From NCBI RefSeq assembly GCF_009914755.1, contig NC_060938.1: 64,000 bases of DNA. One strand, written 5' to 3'. Under the pieces are notes generated by a model. The model did not search any database and was not told the origin of the DNA. It saw only the letters and a list, made by a program, of their open reading frames with translations. Numbering within the stretch: position 1 is the stretch's first letter; every line of letters begins with the position of its first letter. This DNA is from the human T2T-CHM13v2.0 reference genome, Homo sapiens. This document shows positions 25,111 to 42,260 of this stretch, piece after piece. Both the position numbers and the translations under genes were made by a program.

Positions 25111-27534
25111 TGCTTTGTAATTTTTACATCATATATCCCGTGTTAGACCAAGAGCTTGTAAAAGCCAGAAGACATACACCATTTATAGTTCAATTAGATG
25201 TTCACTGATAAAACTGATTCTTCCATCTGAGGGTGGTATTTGTAGTTACAGTAATGTAGATGACAATCTAAGTTATGTTCTATAAACTGTGTCACTGACA
25301 TCTCAATCTACAGCTAACTTTAATTTTTTAAAAGCAGAGGAGTGGGTTGTACAGGTTTAGAAATACATCCATTAAGCTAGTTAAGTGAGATAGATTCAAA
25401 CCTTCAACTCACTGGAATATTTACCAAATTGTCTATTCATTAGCTAAAGGAACCATATAAACAAGGTACTTTTCAAAATTCAAAATTATGTAAGGCTTTA
25501 TTTCCTTTTTATGCTGTTATGAATTGGATTGTAGAGGTTATAAGGTAAAATAAGATTACTTTTACAGTAAAACATACAACACATTGTCACAAGAGGGCAA
25601 CCTTTGAACATGAATTTATTCTCAGGCATTCCTTGAAATTTTGAGACAGTTACTTTAATTAACACAACTAAATAATAAAACACTACAGAGGATTTAAGAA
25701 GATACTTTGACTTATGCATATTGTTACTTTTTTATTACTGCTAGTGGAAGATGTAATCGATAAGGAAGGTAAGGGCTGAATTTGTTTTATCTAAAAAGAC
25801 AAATTTCTTTGGGTTTTAACTTTCAAACATCAAGATAGTAGGTCAATGTCTAAATGAGTGTATCAAAGTTCTCACACTAGCACATGTAAATCCACCTCTT
25901 ATCTACCCAAAACTCTAACCAAGCAAAGGCAAGTTGGAAGAATCAGACAAATGTAAGTGCCTAGGATACATAAATGCCACTGGATTTTATGTTTTTAACT
26001 TTCAACCTCCCAAGTTTCAGTAAGAGACATGTTATTTGGAGAAGTTGCTAAAGTGTAGTTGTATGATGTCTCTGTGTACGGTTAGTCTGGACCTCTTTCT
26101 GTCCGGTGGTTGCCCTCAACTGATTAGAGTCACCTCTCTAAAGACCATGCTTATGTCCCTGGAGCAGTCCACAGCACTAGCAATATCTGATCTCCACCTT
26201 TTTCCAATTAATATTTCTGTACTTACTGAATTGGAAAACATACAGGTGATTTTTTCCTGGTCACTTGTAGTTTTACAACACTCCCCCCACTTCCCCACCA
26301 CTGCCCCAGGTTATTTTGATGCCAGCCAAAGTGTGAGAACTACTGGCAGCTGCTGGCAGACAGCAGCAAAGGCCCAAATCCTCGGTGTGATTTCAAGACC
26401 CATATCTGGTTTTCAGCCATATTTCCTTCTCCTTCTCACAGCTGAGCCCACTCCTCCTCCCTCACCACCTGTAGGCTATGCTTTCCAGCCTGTGTCCAGG
26501 ATTAGTCCTGATGTAAGGCACGTGGGGTTTAAGGATCTCTCTCTTCAGTCTTATTTCTGCACCATCTCTGACAGATATATTCCAGTTGTGATCATGGGGC
26601 TACCTCCTTTTGTTTCCAGTCCCATGCTCTTTTTCTCTATCACATTCTACCTTGTAATAACCTAAGTCTTCTGGTGGGCAAGTTCTTCCTCAATCAAATT
26701 TGTGTTTATGATTGTGTTGGGGATTGGCTTAGTAATCCAGGTACTGCTACTGCCTTGAAAGCGGAGACTGCATCCTTCTGTCTGGATTTCTTGAGTTTCT
26801 GGATTGTAAACCTTATTAGGGCCCATTTTTCCTAGAATTGGAGCCTCTACTTTGTTCTTGCTACCTTAGTTCACCCAGAAAGCACGATCTCTGCCTGAAT
26901 TTCAAAGGGTTGGCTAGTTTAAATATCCTTTTGTAAGACTTTTGTCTTCCTGTGGGGTGATTTTTTCATCTTACATACCATTGCTAATCTTTTTATCTTG
27001 AATGTAATTGAAATAGTTTTAATCTGTGTTACCAGCAACAAGAACCCCTTTTATGAGATGGAGAGGCCAGGTCAGTCTCATAACATGTGTCCCCCTTCGT
27101 GTGTTGAATTTATGTCAGAGCCAGGTTCTTTCCTATTTGATGTCTCTCACCAAATTCCAGTGTTTATGCCCTAGGAGGTGCCCAATAAATTCTAGAGTTG
27201 ATGCAAGCTGTAATTTTAGAGAAATTAAGTTAGCAAGTAGAATTAGATTATATACAATCTAATCAACTTTTTTCTTTTTTCTGAGGATGACCAAGATTTG
27301 GGCTTCAGTGACAATAGTTGTCCCCTAAATATTTATACTCAGAATCTAGGATTACCAGTACAATGTTGAATAGAGGTGATGAACACACACATTCCTTTCT
27401 TGTCCTAATCTATGTAGTTTAAATATTTACACTTTCACCATTAAATATAATGTTTATATGTCTTGTTGTGGATGCTTTCCATCACTTTGAGAAAATTTCC
27501 TTTTCTAGCTTGCTGAGAGTTTTTTTTTAAATCA

Positions 27535-28155
27535 GCAATAGATATTTCTCCAAAGAAAATATCCAAATGACCAACAGATACATGAAAAAAATGCTCAGCC
27601 TCACTAATCATCAGGGAAATGCAAATCAAAACCACAAAGAGATATTGCCTCAAACCTGTTAGAATAGTCTTATTAAAAGAAAAAGATAACGAGTGTTAAC
27701 AATGGGGAGAAATTGGAACACTTCTACAGTGTTTCTGGGAAAGTAAAGCTGTGCAGCCTCTATGGAAAACAGTACGGTGGTTCCTCAAAAAAATTAAGAA
27801 ACTAGAACTACCATATGATCTAGCAATCCACTTAAGGTTATTTCTCTGAAAGAATTGAGATTGGGATGATTCTCAGGCTCATTGCAGCATTATTTACACT
27901 AACCAAAATGTGGAAATGAGGTTAATGTCTATTGGCAGATGAATAGATAAAGAAAATGTGGTATATTCATACAACGGAATATTATTCAGCTTTAAAACAA
28001 GAAAGCCCGGCAATATGCAACATGGATGAACCTAGAGGACATTAATGCTAAGTAAAGTAAATCAGTCACAGAAGGACAAACTGTATGATTCCACTTGTAT
28101 AAAGTATCTAAGATAGCCAAATTCATTAGAATCACAGATTAGAATGGTGATAGCT
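27535..28155 (+). mobile_element. L1MA/MB ORF2 end and 3'UTR fragment
   Basis: aatgctcagcctcactaatcatcagggaaatgcaaatcaaaaccaca; catggatgaacctagaggacatt. Confidence 0.85.
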
Positions 28156-28159
28156 CTTT

Positions 28160-31150
<2,991 letters not shown>

Positions 31151-33699
31151 TGTAGAGATAGGTTCTTCTATTTTCGTTTGAAGAGTGACTCTTTTCTAAC
31201 ATTAGTCTTTTTTCTGTAGTCAAACACCAAACTTTCACTCCTGAGCTATATGCAATGGTTGAAATCTCTGCTCTTTACTAGCAATTTAGCTGTTGTTTTC
31301 TGCTGGATTCTATGGAGTCTCTTTTTATGAATGTGAAATGTAGCAGCCATCATATATCTGAATGAAGTTGAAGTGCTGATTTTAGATTTTTACTCTGTGA
31401 CATTCTCCTCTGTGACTTTCAGTTGTGTGAGATTTCCTCCCATGTCATTCAAATTTCCCAGTTCTTCTTTTCTGTCAGCCTGGAACTCTGTGCTCTTATT
31501 CCTCAAGCTAGTAAAACTCACCACTTTACTCGTAGACATCTAATTTTGCACAGACTGGGAAGCGTCATGAGGTGTGAAGTTGCACTGATGCAAATTTAAA
31601 TCATTGCAATTTTCTTTATTCAATGGTCAAATACTTCATCAGTGGTTGAATATTCTACTATTTCTGCCTGTTTTCTGTTTCTCATTGCCATCAAATGGGT
31701 ATTTAATTTTTTTTACAGTTAATAGTTTTTTTCCCTGCATTTGAGTTAGACCTGAGCTACTACCACATTTTGTAATTCAAACTTTTTGTCTAACAATGTT
31801 TTAAAAAACTCTTTATTTGGAGGGAATTCTCAAATTTCTAAATACTCTACAAACATTAGGATCAGGGCTCACATTCCCAGTTTCCCTTGTAACCAGATGT
31901 ACATATGGAAAATGGCTTCAGCTAATGAAGCATACCCACATATTTGAAACTCAGAAAAGTGTTAAGAGGAACTGTAGATATCATTTTAGTTGATGCAAGG
32001 ATGGAAAAAAATAACCAACTTTCACTGGTGAACTTTGTCTTCAATCATTGTTTTCCCATGGGTAAGTGGCTAATTTTCTGGCCTAGAGGTGGAATTGGTG
32101 TGTTGGTAACAATTGATTTGATGATAACCTGCTTTTGTCTTTTTAAAAATTGCTAATCCACCATTGTTTCTGGTCCTGTTTTTTACTTATGCAGTGTATA
32201 ATCTCTCATGCAAAATTTAGTTCTTTGTTTCTCAGCTTAAACTGGATTTTGATGAGCAGTTTTCAACTTCAAATGAAAGAAATGGCTGTGGTTGATGTTA
32301 GACAAAAATAAAAAGATGGAGTTAAAGAAATATGTTTGTCATCTTGTAATATTAAATAAATGAAACTGAAAATTCAACAGTTCTGCTTCATAAAAAAATA
32401 GAAATTTTCTACTGTTTTTCATTATTTTTGAAGCTATATGATTAAATGAAATTTCTGCCTCATGGAAGGTTTTTAGAACTATGTAATAATACCATACAGA
32501 CCATTAGGAGAGAAATGAATAAAGACTGAAAGAAGTAAGCACCGTGTGGTAACGTAGATGGCACATAGTTGTGTGCATGGAGCCCTAATACATTTTACCA
32601 TGCAATTTATACAATAAATGTTAGTTTCCTGTGAACCTGCTAATTAATATGACTTTCTCAAACATTTCCTTAACCTAAACAGTTTAGGTTTCCTGTAGAT
32701 AGACTGCATGTATTCTCATCTTTAACCTTTCCATAATCTTTCCTAATTACAGATGTCATTGGTTCTTAATAGCAAAAGAACAGCAGTAGCTTATAAAGTT
32801 ATATTATTTGTTTTTTACTAATATGTGAAGTGATTTTGTCTTTCATTTCACCTCTAAAGCTAATTATGTCTTCTAAGTTAACAAAAATTCCAGATCATAC
32901 TATCATTAGTTTAAACTTTACAATGAATTCATTCTTTCCGTTTATTACTAGCCTGCATTATAGCAATATTTAGCTAATGAATTCTCAAAATATTTCTTGA
33001 AAGGTGAAAGAGTACCTCAAGTAAATGGTGTAATTAATTTATTTATCAGAATTTTAAATTAAGTGTTCTGTTTAATCTCAAAGGGGTACCAATGAAGTTA
33101 CGGCATAAGGAGTCCGTGGTTAATAAAATGGCAAGAATTAAAAAAGATTATTACATTTTTTCCTCATACTATGATGGCTATAATTTTTTAAAACAGTAGA
33201 AATGTTTAATTTTTAAAGGCTAATAGTGTCTATTTAATTCAAAGATGTGAGGTCTTCAGTTCAACTTGTTGTTTGAAATTTGAACAGCTTTTTCTTGCTG
33301 TTGTTCAATACAGTTATCAAACAGTCCAGGCAGGCCTCTGGAGTTACATATATGTATGTGGCTATGTGCGTATATATACATAGAAGTAGAAATTGCATAT
33401 AATCAATTTACATAAGACTTTTGCTTTTGATGAAAATTCTTCTAAAAGTGAATATAAATTAATAGCATATGGAGCCTACAAAAATTGTCTAATAGGGAAG
33501 TAGGAAAATATAATTTGTGAAGAAAAAGTTCGCTAAAACAGACTTTTTATTTTTACATGTAATAACTTTATATTGAAGGGTTTCCAGAAATATAAAATAT
33601 TATAGGGCACTTATCCTGAGACACACGAAGGAGACAAGGGATAGAGCTAGGATGGAAGTGAAAATAAAGGACAAATAGAGATAAATACTTAAGTGGAAA

Positions 33700-33947
33700 T
33701 GAAACACTGCATGTTCTCACTCATAGGTGGGAATTGAACAATGAGAACACATGGACACAGGAAGGGGAACATCACACACCAGGGCCTGTTGTGGGGTGGG
33801 GGAGGGGGGAGGGATAGCATTAGGACATATACCTAATGCTAAATGACGAGTTAATGGGTGCAGCACACCAACATGGCACATGTATACATATGTAACTAAA
33901 CTGCAGGTTGTGCACATATGCCCTAAAACTTAAAGTACAAAAAAAAG
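33700..33947 (+). mobile_element. 5'-truncated young L1PA 3' end
   Basis: catgttctcactcataggtgggaattgaacaatgag...cctaaaacttaaagta plus A tail. Confidence 0.93.
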
Positions 33948-35863
33948 TCATCAAACAGGTGGTAATTTTAAAACATGGCTTTTCCAGGCAGCAAATTTTC
34001 TGAATGTATCACAAAAGAAGATAAATTGTGTGTCTATATAGGTCATGTCAATGAAATAAACAATAAAGGTTACTTATTGGAATATTGAAAGTGGTTGATA
34101 ATAAATTAATTATTTATATTTATGGTAAAAGCAATAAACTTGATTTTTAGGGGGTTCAATGACTTCCTGAAAATATCCTCTCACAGATTTTCTAACAGTG
34201 TCTAGTTGGCAAAAGCACAGCTCCAAATAGCTATTTCTGTCAACGTCTACAGAACATTTACAGTTCGATTTCCAAAAGTTTCCATTTCTACTGACCTTAC
34301 AAATTTGTAAAATGAATGCCCACCAGGAAAAAATATTAAGTGATAAAATTAATTGGATCCTACAAGTGAAAATCTAGGCAAGGAAAATCTTCCTTCTTAA
34401 TGAATGATTTTTATGTCTCTTCATTCTTGTCCTTCTAGGTAGAGCAACACTCTGGAGACCTTATTTTGAGGCATTTCACCACCAGAGTAAGTGTGATGTA
34501 TGACTAATTAGTCCACCCACAGGGAGCTGGTGAAATTAAATTGGAAGTTATTTCCTAAGTGGCATATCTTGGAGTAAAATTCATCTAATAACAGCTTTCA
34601 TAAGAGAACATAAGCTTAAAAGACAATATTTTTCATTCAACTTTACCAAACAAAGTTCAAATTTAGGTGTCCAGTTGTGAAGTTTGGTTGTGTGTGGATT
34701 GTACAGTGAAGGTACCAGTGGACAACAGTTGCTCATCAAGTAAGTTTATACAAAAGCTTTTGGACAAGTCCAGCTCTAGATAAAATTCTAAAATATTTCA
34801 TGCTTGTGTTCAGAGTTTCTTTTTCTCTCTCCAAGGTAACACACATATCAAAAGACATATGGGTTGTGGGTAGAACTTCCTAAAATTGCTGGTGAGAAGT
34901 GTGCCATGCATAAACATACTTCACTAGCTTGAATTTTCTGTTAGTCTCACAGGAAACAATTACAATCCTGTATGTTTTTCTATCTCCACACACTCCTGAA
35001 CATAGAAAGACCAAGTAACATCCCTGGTTAAGATGTGTACAGGTTACAAGACATGTCTAAATATATTCACCAAGAGGTTTATTATTTTCACAATGGCATT
35101 CACTAAATCAGTTGTCAGTGTAACATTACTCAAGGAATAAGTAGGGTCTTTAATTTATCAAAGGTTGTAGTCCACCCCAAGTTGGATCACTGAAGAACAT
35201 AACTATAGATAAGGTCACTCAAAAGCACAAATCCAGGTAATAAATATTCAGTGGTAGTTTATATGCACTTAGCAATTTGAATGCTGGGAAATGTAGCCCA
35301 GAAAATCAATCGACATTGAACTATTAAAGAGGCATTCATGGCACCTGCACTTTGAATCTCTTCAGACTCAGGTTAAACAGGAGACACGGTAGCTCATGTA
35401 TACTGCAAAAACCCTTCCTCTTTCCTTTTTTATCTATGAACCTGCCCTTTTCAATGTTATCTAGATGCCTGAAGGTATGAATACCCTTGATCTTAGTAAA
35501 AAATGGTACCACCCATCAGCAAAATCTCACTGATCAGTGTCTATGTTACCTCACTGAGTTAGCCTTTTGTGTTGTTGTGGCCCAGAATGACAATGTTGAC
35601 AGAATCCAAACCAGTAGTTGGAAAGTTAATGTTGGATGCATCTTTGACAATTGATGGAATGACCTGAAATCAAATGTGAGGCAGTGGAGACACAAGAATG
35701 CTATTCAGGCAGTGAGTGATCTGTGGAGATACTAAATGAAATATCTGGAAGGAATTGTAATCTTGCAACTATGCTTTTATGTGTTTTTTGACATAAACAG
35801 TTTCTATTAATGGTGAATCTGCAGTGTCCATTTCCCATGCAGTTCCCATAGTGTTAACTAATA

Positions 35864-36238
35864 CAGTCATGTGTCACTTAATGACAGGGGTGTGTCTGAG
35901 AAATGCATTGCTGGACAATTTTATTATTGTATGAACATCACAGAGTTTACTTACACAAACCTAGATGCTATAGCTGATTACATACCTAAGTTAGGTGGTA
36001 TAGCTTATTCCTCCTAGGCTACAAACCTGTGCAGCATGTTACTGTACTGAATACTGTAAGCAATTGTAACACAACAGTTAAGTATATCTATACTTATTTG
36101 TATCTATACAGTAAGTGTATCTATACATGTCTAAACATACAAGAGGTACAGTAAAAGTACAGTGTTATGATTTTATTGCACCACTGTCATACATGTGCAC
36201 TATCCTTGACCAAAATGTTGTTATGTGATGCATGATTG
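35864..36238. mobile_element. Tigger3/GOLEM (MER7-type) non-autonomous DNA transposon
   Basis: TIRs cagtcatgtg...tgcatgattg flanked by TA on both sides. Confidence 0.85.
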
Positions 36239-36730
36239 TAACAAAAGAATTAATTAAAGATAATATTTAAGTGCCTATTGAGATTTCAATGAAGAAATGA
36301 ATATTTGTAAATTCTGATTACCTTAAGTGGGAATTGACTTTCTTCCTGTTTCCATGGCTGTTCTTGTGAAAGAGCATAGCTTTCCAAAACCTGAAATCTC
36401 TGACAAATCTTGCAATTCTCTATTGCCTGCAGTATGAAGGTCACCTGGTATCAAATGATGCAAAATGGTAGATTATAAAGACCTGTACTTTCTTGTCAGT
36501 TCCTAAACATAGCAAGCATTGGTCTATCTTGAACATTTCTGCAGTTATAAACTAGCCTTGGGTCATGATTTTCTGCCTTTTTATCATAAACAAGATTTAA
36601 TTTACAAGATGTCCTTTTAATGCGTAATGTGAATAGTAAGTGCCAGTTATGAAGCCCTATTTTCTTCCAGCATTTTAATTGTCAAATCTGTCCAGTCAAG
36701 ATGCATTGTTAGAGGCTTCACTGACAACAC

Positions 36731-36733
<3 letters not shown>

Positions 36734-36765
<32 letters not shown>
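36734..36765. repeat. (TG)n
   Basis: Direct. Confidence 0.95.
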
Positions 36766-36767
<2 letters not shown>

Positions 36768-37177
36768 TATATACATATGATTGAGCAGGATTTAATGTAA
36801 GTCAAAACAGTCTCAAATTTCTTAGGACAATACAGCTTCCTTGGCCATTCCCTTGGAGCTCTGAGTTGAGGAGCTGGTGATGTGTATTTCTTTTGCATGT
36901 TGTCCACATTATCCCTATGCAGACCTTCCATGGGCTTGGTTTTTGAACCAGTGATGAGGAAGATCATTAGAATTGTTTTGCTCAAAAAGATTCCTCCATT
37001 CTTCTGTATAAGCAATGGCAATTTTCCCAGGCCAATATTTCTTCTTTTGAAATGGTAAATTTTGAATATTAACTGGTTAGTATAATCCCATAAAATAACA
37101 AAGTTTGAGCCCTATGAACTGTGTTTTAGGCCAAAGTTGTGTTTTATGCTAAATCATCATTTACTCCTTGTATGATC

Positions 37178-37350
37178 TTTTTTTTTTTTTTTTTTTGAAA
37201 CAGAGTCTCGCACTGTCACTCAGGCTGGAGTGCAGTGACACAATTTTGGCTTACTGCAAGCTCCGCCTCCCAGGTGCACACCATTCTCCTGCTTCAGCCT
37301 CCTGAGTAGTTGGGACTACAGGTGCCCACCACCACACCCGGCTAATTGTT
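37178..37350 (-). mobile_element. AluY-like right arm only
   Basis: Poly-T followed by gaaacagagtctcgc...cccggctaatt. Confidence 0.88.
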
Positions 37351-38999
37351 TTTTAAGATTAAGGGTGAAATCAAAGCTGCTCCCCTATATTACATTCATA
37401 AATGAGAATGATTAAAGCAAGCTATTTATTTATTAGAAACACATACTCTAAATTAAGCATCTAAGACATGACAGCCTTTCAAGAGACATCAATTTACTTT
37501 TTAGGGTCTATAGCTATATTTGTATTCATGTTATTGGTGTCCATAATATTTCATTAGATGTTCTGGGTAAATTGATAAATGGAAATAATGTATGTGATAA
37601 GGAGAACAACCTAGGCCTCCTGGAGGGCCCCTTACAACTCAGCTGGTGTTAGCAGAAATGCCTGGGTGTAACAGTGAGAAACAACCTTTCAAAAGTTTTG
37701 AGCAATTTTTCAGGCAGAGGAATATGTATACCAATCCAGGCAGCAAGATAAGTGGAGGTCAGTTAAAAGATCAGTGTGTGATTACATTTCATTTTTAGGT
37801 TTCTACTGAGAGGAAATATGACACTCAGTTATTATTTTCTCTGCATACCTCTGGTTATTTTGTCACAACCTTTTATGTAAGCTACTACCAAACACTGGGT
37901 TATCCAAGATCTATGGGTCGTATTCAATATTTCCTTTTCCCTCAACTATTAACACGTTTGATTCCCTTTGGAACTTTCTCCCCTATTTCTCCTTTCAACC
38001 TATTTTCTCCAACCACACTGAGTTAATAAGCCTCTTATATACTCTCATACCCTGTTTTATCTAAAGAGATTTCCTTTTTCTACTATTATACCCACCTCAT
38101 TCCCTAATTTATTTCTTCTTATTTCTCTCTCTATTTTTCATTCTTTTAGGCACAGCTCATGTCTCATGACTTTCAATAAGTTTTTCTTCTGATATTCCCA
38201 GCTCGAATTAGGTACATCCCAATCAGTTTCCTTAGACTTACAACTCTGCATATTATTGGCTTGCAATCTGTCTTAGGCTGGGAATTAGCTCCTTGTAGGC
38301 AGGGGCTAGAATTTATTTTCTCTTATGTCCATAATGCCTGACACAGGAACTATTCTCACATACAAATTGTAGGGCCATAATGCCTGAGAACATATGTATA
38401 TTGTAGTGACTCATAAAGGCTTGAAATAAATTTTTAAAATGATTAATTGGGAAGTCCATGAACTTGACATCTTGATGTAGAAGAAAAGCAAGGGCAGATG
38501 AAGAAGTTATACAGGATACTTGAAATACCAGAAGAATATAATCAGAGAGCAATAAATTAATCCTAGATTTTTAGATGTGAAGAAGTTCTGAGAAATATTT
38601 GAAGACATCGCTCTAGGGATGAGTACATAACAGAGACCATTAGCCAGATTCAGAGCTTTTCAGAGTGAAGAAATTGCTTTGCAGGGGGAAGGACTGTTGT
38701 ATACTAAATAGAATTTGTCATTAAATGGAAGACTAAGCAAGAGGCTGATGATCTGTGGATGAGAGACGCAAAAAGGTGTGGAGATAGAGGTAAATGCCAT
38801 AATCTACAAAGAAGATATTTTTGAACCAGAAAGAAATAATAGGTCTAGAAAGTAATAAAAGATAAATAGTTAACTACATTGTAATGTGGTCTGAGAACTC
38901 ACTAAAGGCATAACCATTGATATTAACTTCCACTTTGCTTCCAGACAAAATATTTTAAATATCTTAAAAATTGCATTTGATATTATATGATTCATCAAG

Positions 39000-39205
39000 A
39001 CAGAAAGTAAAGCTGTAGTTGCCCTGGGAGGGCAGGGAATGGGGAGTCACTTTTTAATGGGTGACAAAAGACAAAAAGAATTATGGAGATGGGTGGTGGT
39101 GATGCTTGCACAACATTGTGAATACGTTTAATGACACTGAATTGTATACTTAACAGTGGTTAAGATGCAAATTGTTGAGTGTGTTTTGCCACAATTAAAA
39201 AATGG
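39000..39205 (+). mobile_element. L1MB 3' end
   Basis: ggagatgggtggtggtgatgcttgcacaacattgtgaat...actgaattgtatactt. Confidence 0.75.
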
Positions 39206-39824
39206 AAAACAATAGTATTTGAAGATATGGCCCATTTCATCTGGTAGCTAGCTGTATGTGTCTGCTCAGCTGTGGATAGATATTTATGCTGTTTCTGAAC
39301 TGGAGGTTACTGGTATTCTCTAAGGTATAGGAAAATTGATCTTATGTGGCTAACTGAGGTGGATATAGTTGTATCAGTCAGACAGTAATGATATAATCAT
39401 GATAGTTTACATTTAACACAATTTACATGTGTTATACTTTAGAAAGCACTTCATAGATATTATTACTTCATACCATTTTCCCCTTACCATATTTGTCTCT
39501 CCTTTCTCTGTTGACTTCAGAAAATGTCTCTTCCACACTACTCAATTCATCTCCTTATTTTGTCGAAATTTTAAGTCTCAGAGTCTCCAAAAAAAAAACT
39601 CCAGACAAGTCTCATCAGCTTTTGGTCATTGATTAATCGATGCCCTTAGAGGCTTTCCCTTCCCCTTCTCAATTTAACATAGCTTCCAAATACACTTGCC
39701 AGTAAAACAAAGTTGTTTATATGGTTTTGTATTTCTTCCTGTTGAATTATGAACATTTTTTCATATTGACATTGATTTCCATCTGGCCATGAAATACTCA
39801 AGGTGAAGAAAATGAAACAAAATT

Positions 39825-40050
39825 GTTAATATTTATCAAGAGCCAGGTACTGTTTTCAGTGTCCTAGAAGCATAAACTAGTGTAATGCTCACCTCTCATA
39901 TGAGAGGCAATAATGGATGAAACTATAAGACCAAGACACAGAGAGTTAAGGGAAATTTCCCAAGATCACACAGCCACTGAGGATATGAACTAGATTTTGA
40001 CTTCAGGCTATTTACCCCAGAACCTGTGCTTTCAGCCGTCATTTGTACTG
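39825..40050 (+). mobile_element. MIR
   Basis: gacacagagagttaag...cccaagatcacacagc core. Confidence 0.65.
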
Positions 40051-41899
40051 CTTCCCTAAATTACACTTGAGTACACTGTGACGTAAAATTTCACCCAGGA
40101 CACTGATTATCTGGGGAACTTTGCAACTTATTCTGAATATGACTCAGTTTTCTTTTCTGTACAGAGATAAAGTCAGTATATACTCCATAGATTCTTTATA
40201 AGTATTATATGAAATGACACATGAGAAGGCTTTAAAAGGACTTGGAAAGCAATAAGCTTTTTTGTTTTCAATCATTTTTCAATAGGTTATCAGTGTTGTG
40301 AATGGTTCATGAAAAATGACTTTGGGCTCAGTGAGTAACTGAAATGTTGTTGCCTAATAGTGTGTTTAATATTAATATAATAGTAACAAATGTTATTGTT
40401 GAGTAATAGTTATTTGGCTTTTCACTGCTTTTCTTTTCTAGTGTTTTAGTCAGAGACTTCTTAAGTCTCCTCAAGTGTGTACACATTTCTTAAATTTGTT
40501 GGAAAGTACCAAATATAAGATATCTTGCATTTTTTTTCTTCCTTAGTAAACACTAAATTCCATCACGCAGCAGAAAAAGGGCTCTGTTATTGTCGGTACA
40601 ATGGTTTAATATTCACTTTTATTCCCTGTATTGTAGTTCTGATTTAATTGCTATTTAGAATAAAACTTGTTCCTTATTATATGCATTCATAATTATAAAA
40701 TTTGTGTTTTAATGCCTTCTACACATATACTGTGCTTTTCTTTATTTCCTTATATCTTTTACTGTTTCATGATCCTGGTATGTGAAATCTCATTAAGTGT
40801 TGTTGGAGGATTTGCTGGGAATCTCATCTACATAGTAATGTCTCAAGTTTGTAGCATCTTTAAAACATAATAGGAGATGGAATTCACAACAGAGTAATAA
40901 GCCTCCCGCTTTAGACAATATATTTGTGATTGGTATGACTTTGTTCCCAGAGGGCAGTTAGCAACACAATATTATGGCTATGTGTACAAGGAAAACAAAT
41001 TTTAAAAATCTCCTTTAAAAAAAACTGTTCCCAATCCTAAACAATATCATGCACAGAATCCGTTTCCACCTCTTCATATGGAAGCAGCTCTGGGTGGACA
41101 TCTAGAAAGTTGGATAACTATTTATCACATATGATCTGCAAAGGGAGAGATTTACAAGAAAGTGTTAAATTTAATCCATAGGAAAGCAAAATGAAAAATC
41201 AATGAATTTTCCATTTGTAGTTTTCCCTAGGGGCTCTACTCCCAAGATGGCTTAAATGCGTTAGAATTAAATGACTAGGCACAATTGTTTGTTAGTGACA
41301 TAAAAGCAAGGTAAGCTTTTCTGCTTTATGAGTCCAAGCACAGGGACACTTGGTTTTCTTTGGAAGGATATCATAAAGGCAATGTTTATGAGTAATCCCT
41401 CATTGTCTTTTCTTCTATAGCATTCAATGGTATGTACTATAATTTAGAAATGAAAACTACTTAAAGACCACTTGCTAAGTTTCATGTATTTCAAATTCTC
41501 AGATCCTGAGTGTTTAAATTATGCCTATATTTCTTCATAAAAAAACACAATCTTTGCCAAGTTAGAAAAAGAAAAAGTCATATTCCCATTTTTAACTCAA
41601 TGTAATCAGAAATTTGGACAGTTTTTAGCCTTCAATACATTATGTAATTTGGGTAACAGGCTGAATAAAAGTAAGGAACTTCAGTTAAATTCAGAGAGAA
41701 GCTAGTAATTATTTCTAAGACTCAAATATATGGAACAGATCTCTGATCTCTGATATTAAGGGTAAGACCCTCAAAAGTGACCCAAAATGTGTAATTGTGG
41801 GATTATTTTGGGAGGAATCATCATAGATTCTTACTGCTATAAATACAGTCAAATGTCAGATAAATATACTCCACTGAAATGTTTTCTAGGAATGAAGTT

Positions 41900-42260
41900 G
41901 GAACCAATGTTGGTAATTTTGAAAGTCATGGAGAGTGTTTCAGATGATAGAAGTCGGGCAACTATCCCAGGTTTAATAAATAAGCAAATGCTGAGTTCCA
42001 AAAATGCTGTATCAATGAGCCTCATATTGATCCTGAGCACAATTTCAGGAAGGTCCATTAAATGGCTCTTTTGAGAGCACTTAGGATAAAAGGCTGGCAG
42101 CAGGGATTCACTAAGAGCAATGGTGCCAAACTTGCCTCTTTGACATTGTTATCTGACTGATAAAGGTAGGCTATAGCAGTACACAATACAGATATTTCCA
42201 GGGTAAAGCTGTTGAGCTGCTGTAATTTTCCTTGCCTCTTCACTATCTTCTCCTATAGTT
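41900..42260 (+). mobile_element. L3/CR1 LINE RT remnant
   Basis: tgagcctcatattgatcctgagcacaattt...gagcacttagg...cagcagggattcactaagagcaatggtgccaaact resembles the CR1 RT region (vSLtsipgKi...HL...QhGFtk..sCqT). Confidence 0.6.

Noticed and set aside
26036-26665. 209-aa ORF
   Set aside because: TTG start, no recognisable domain or exon structure; likely a chance ORF in old repeat or unique DNA.
41787-42243. Overlapping ORFs suggesting a gene exon
   Set aside because: Better explained as a decayed L3/CR1 RT fragment.
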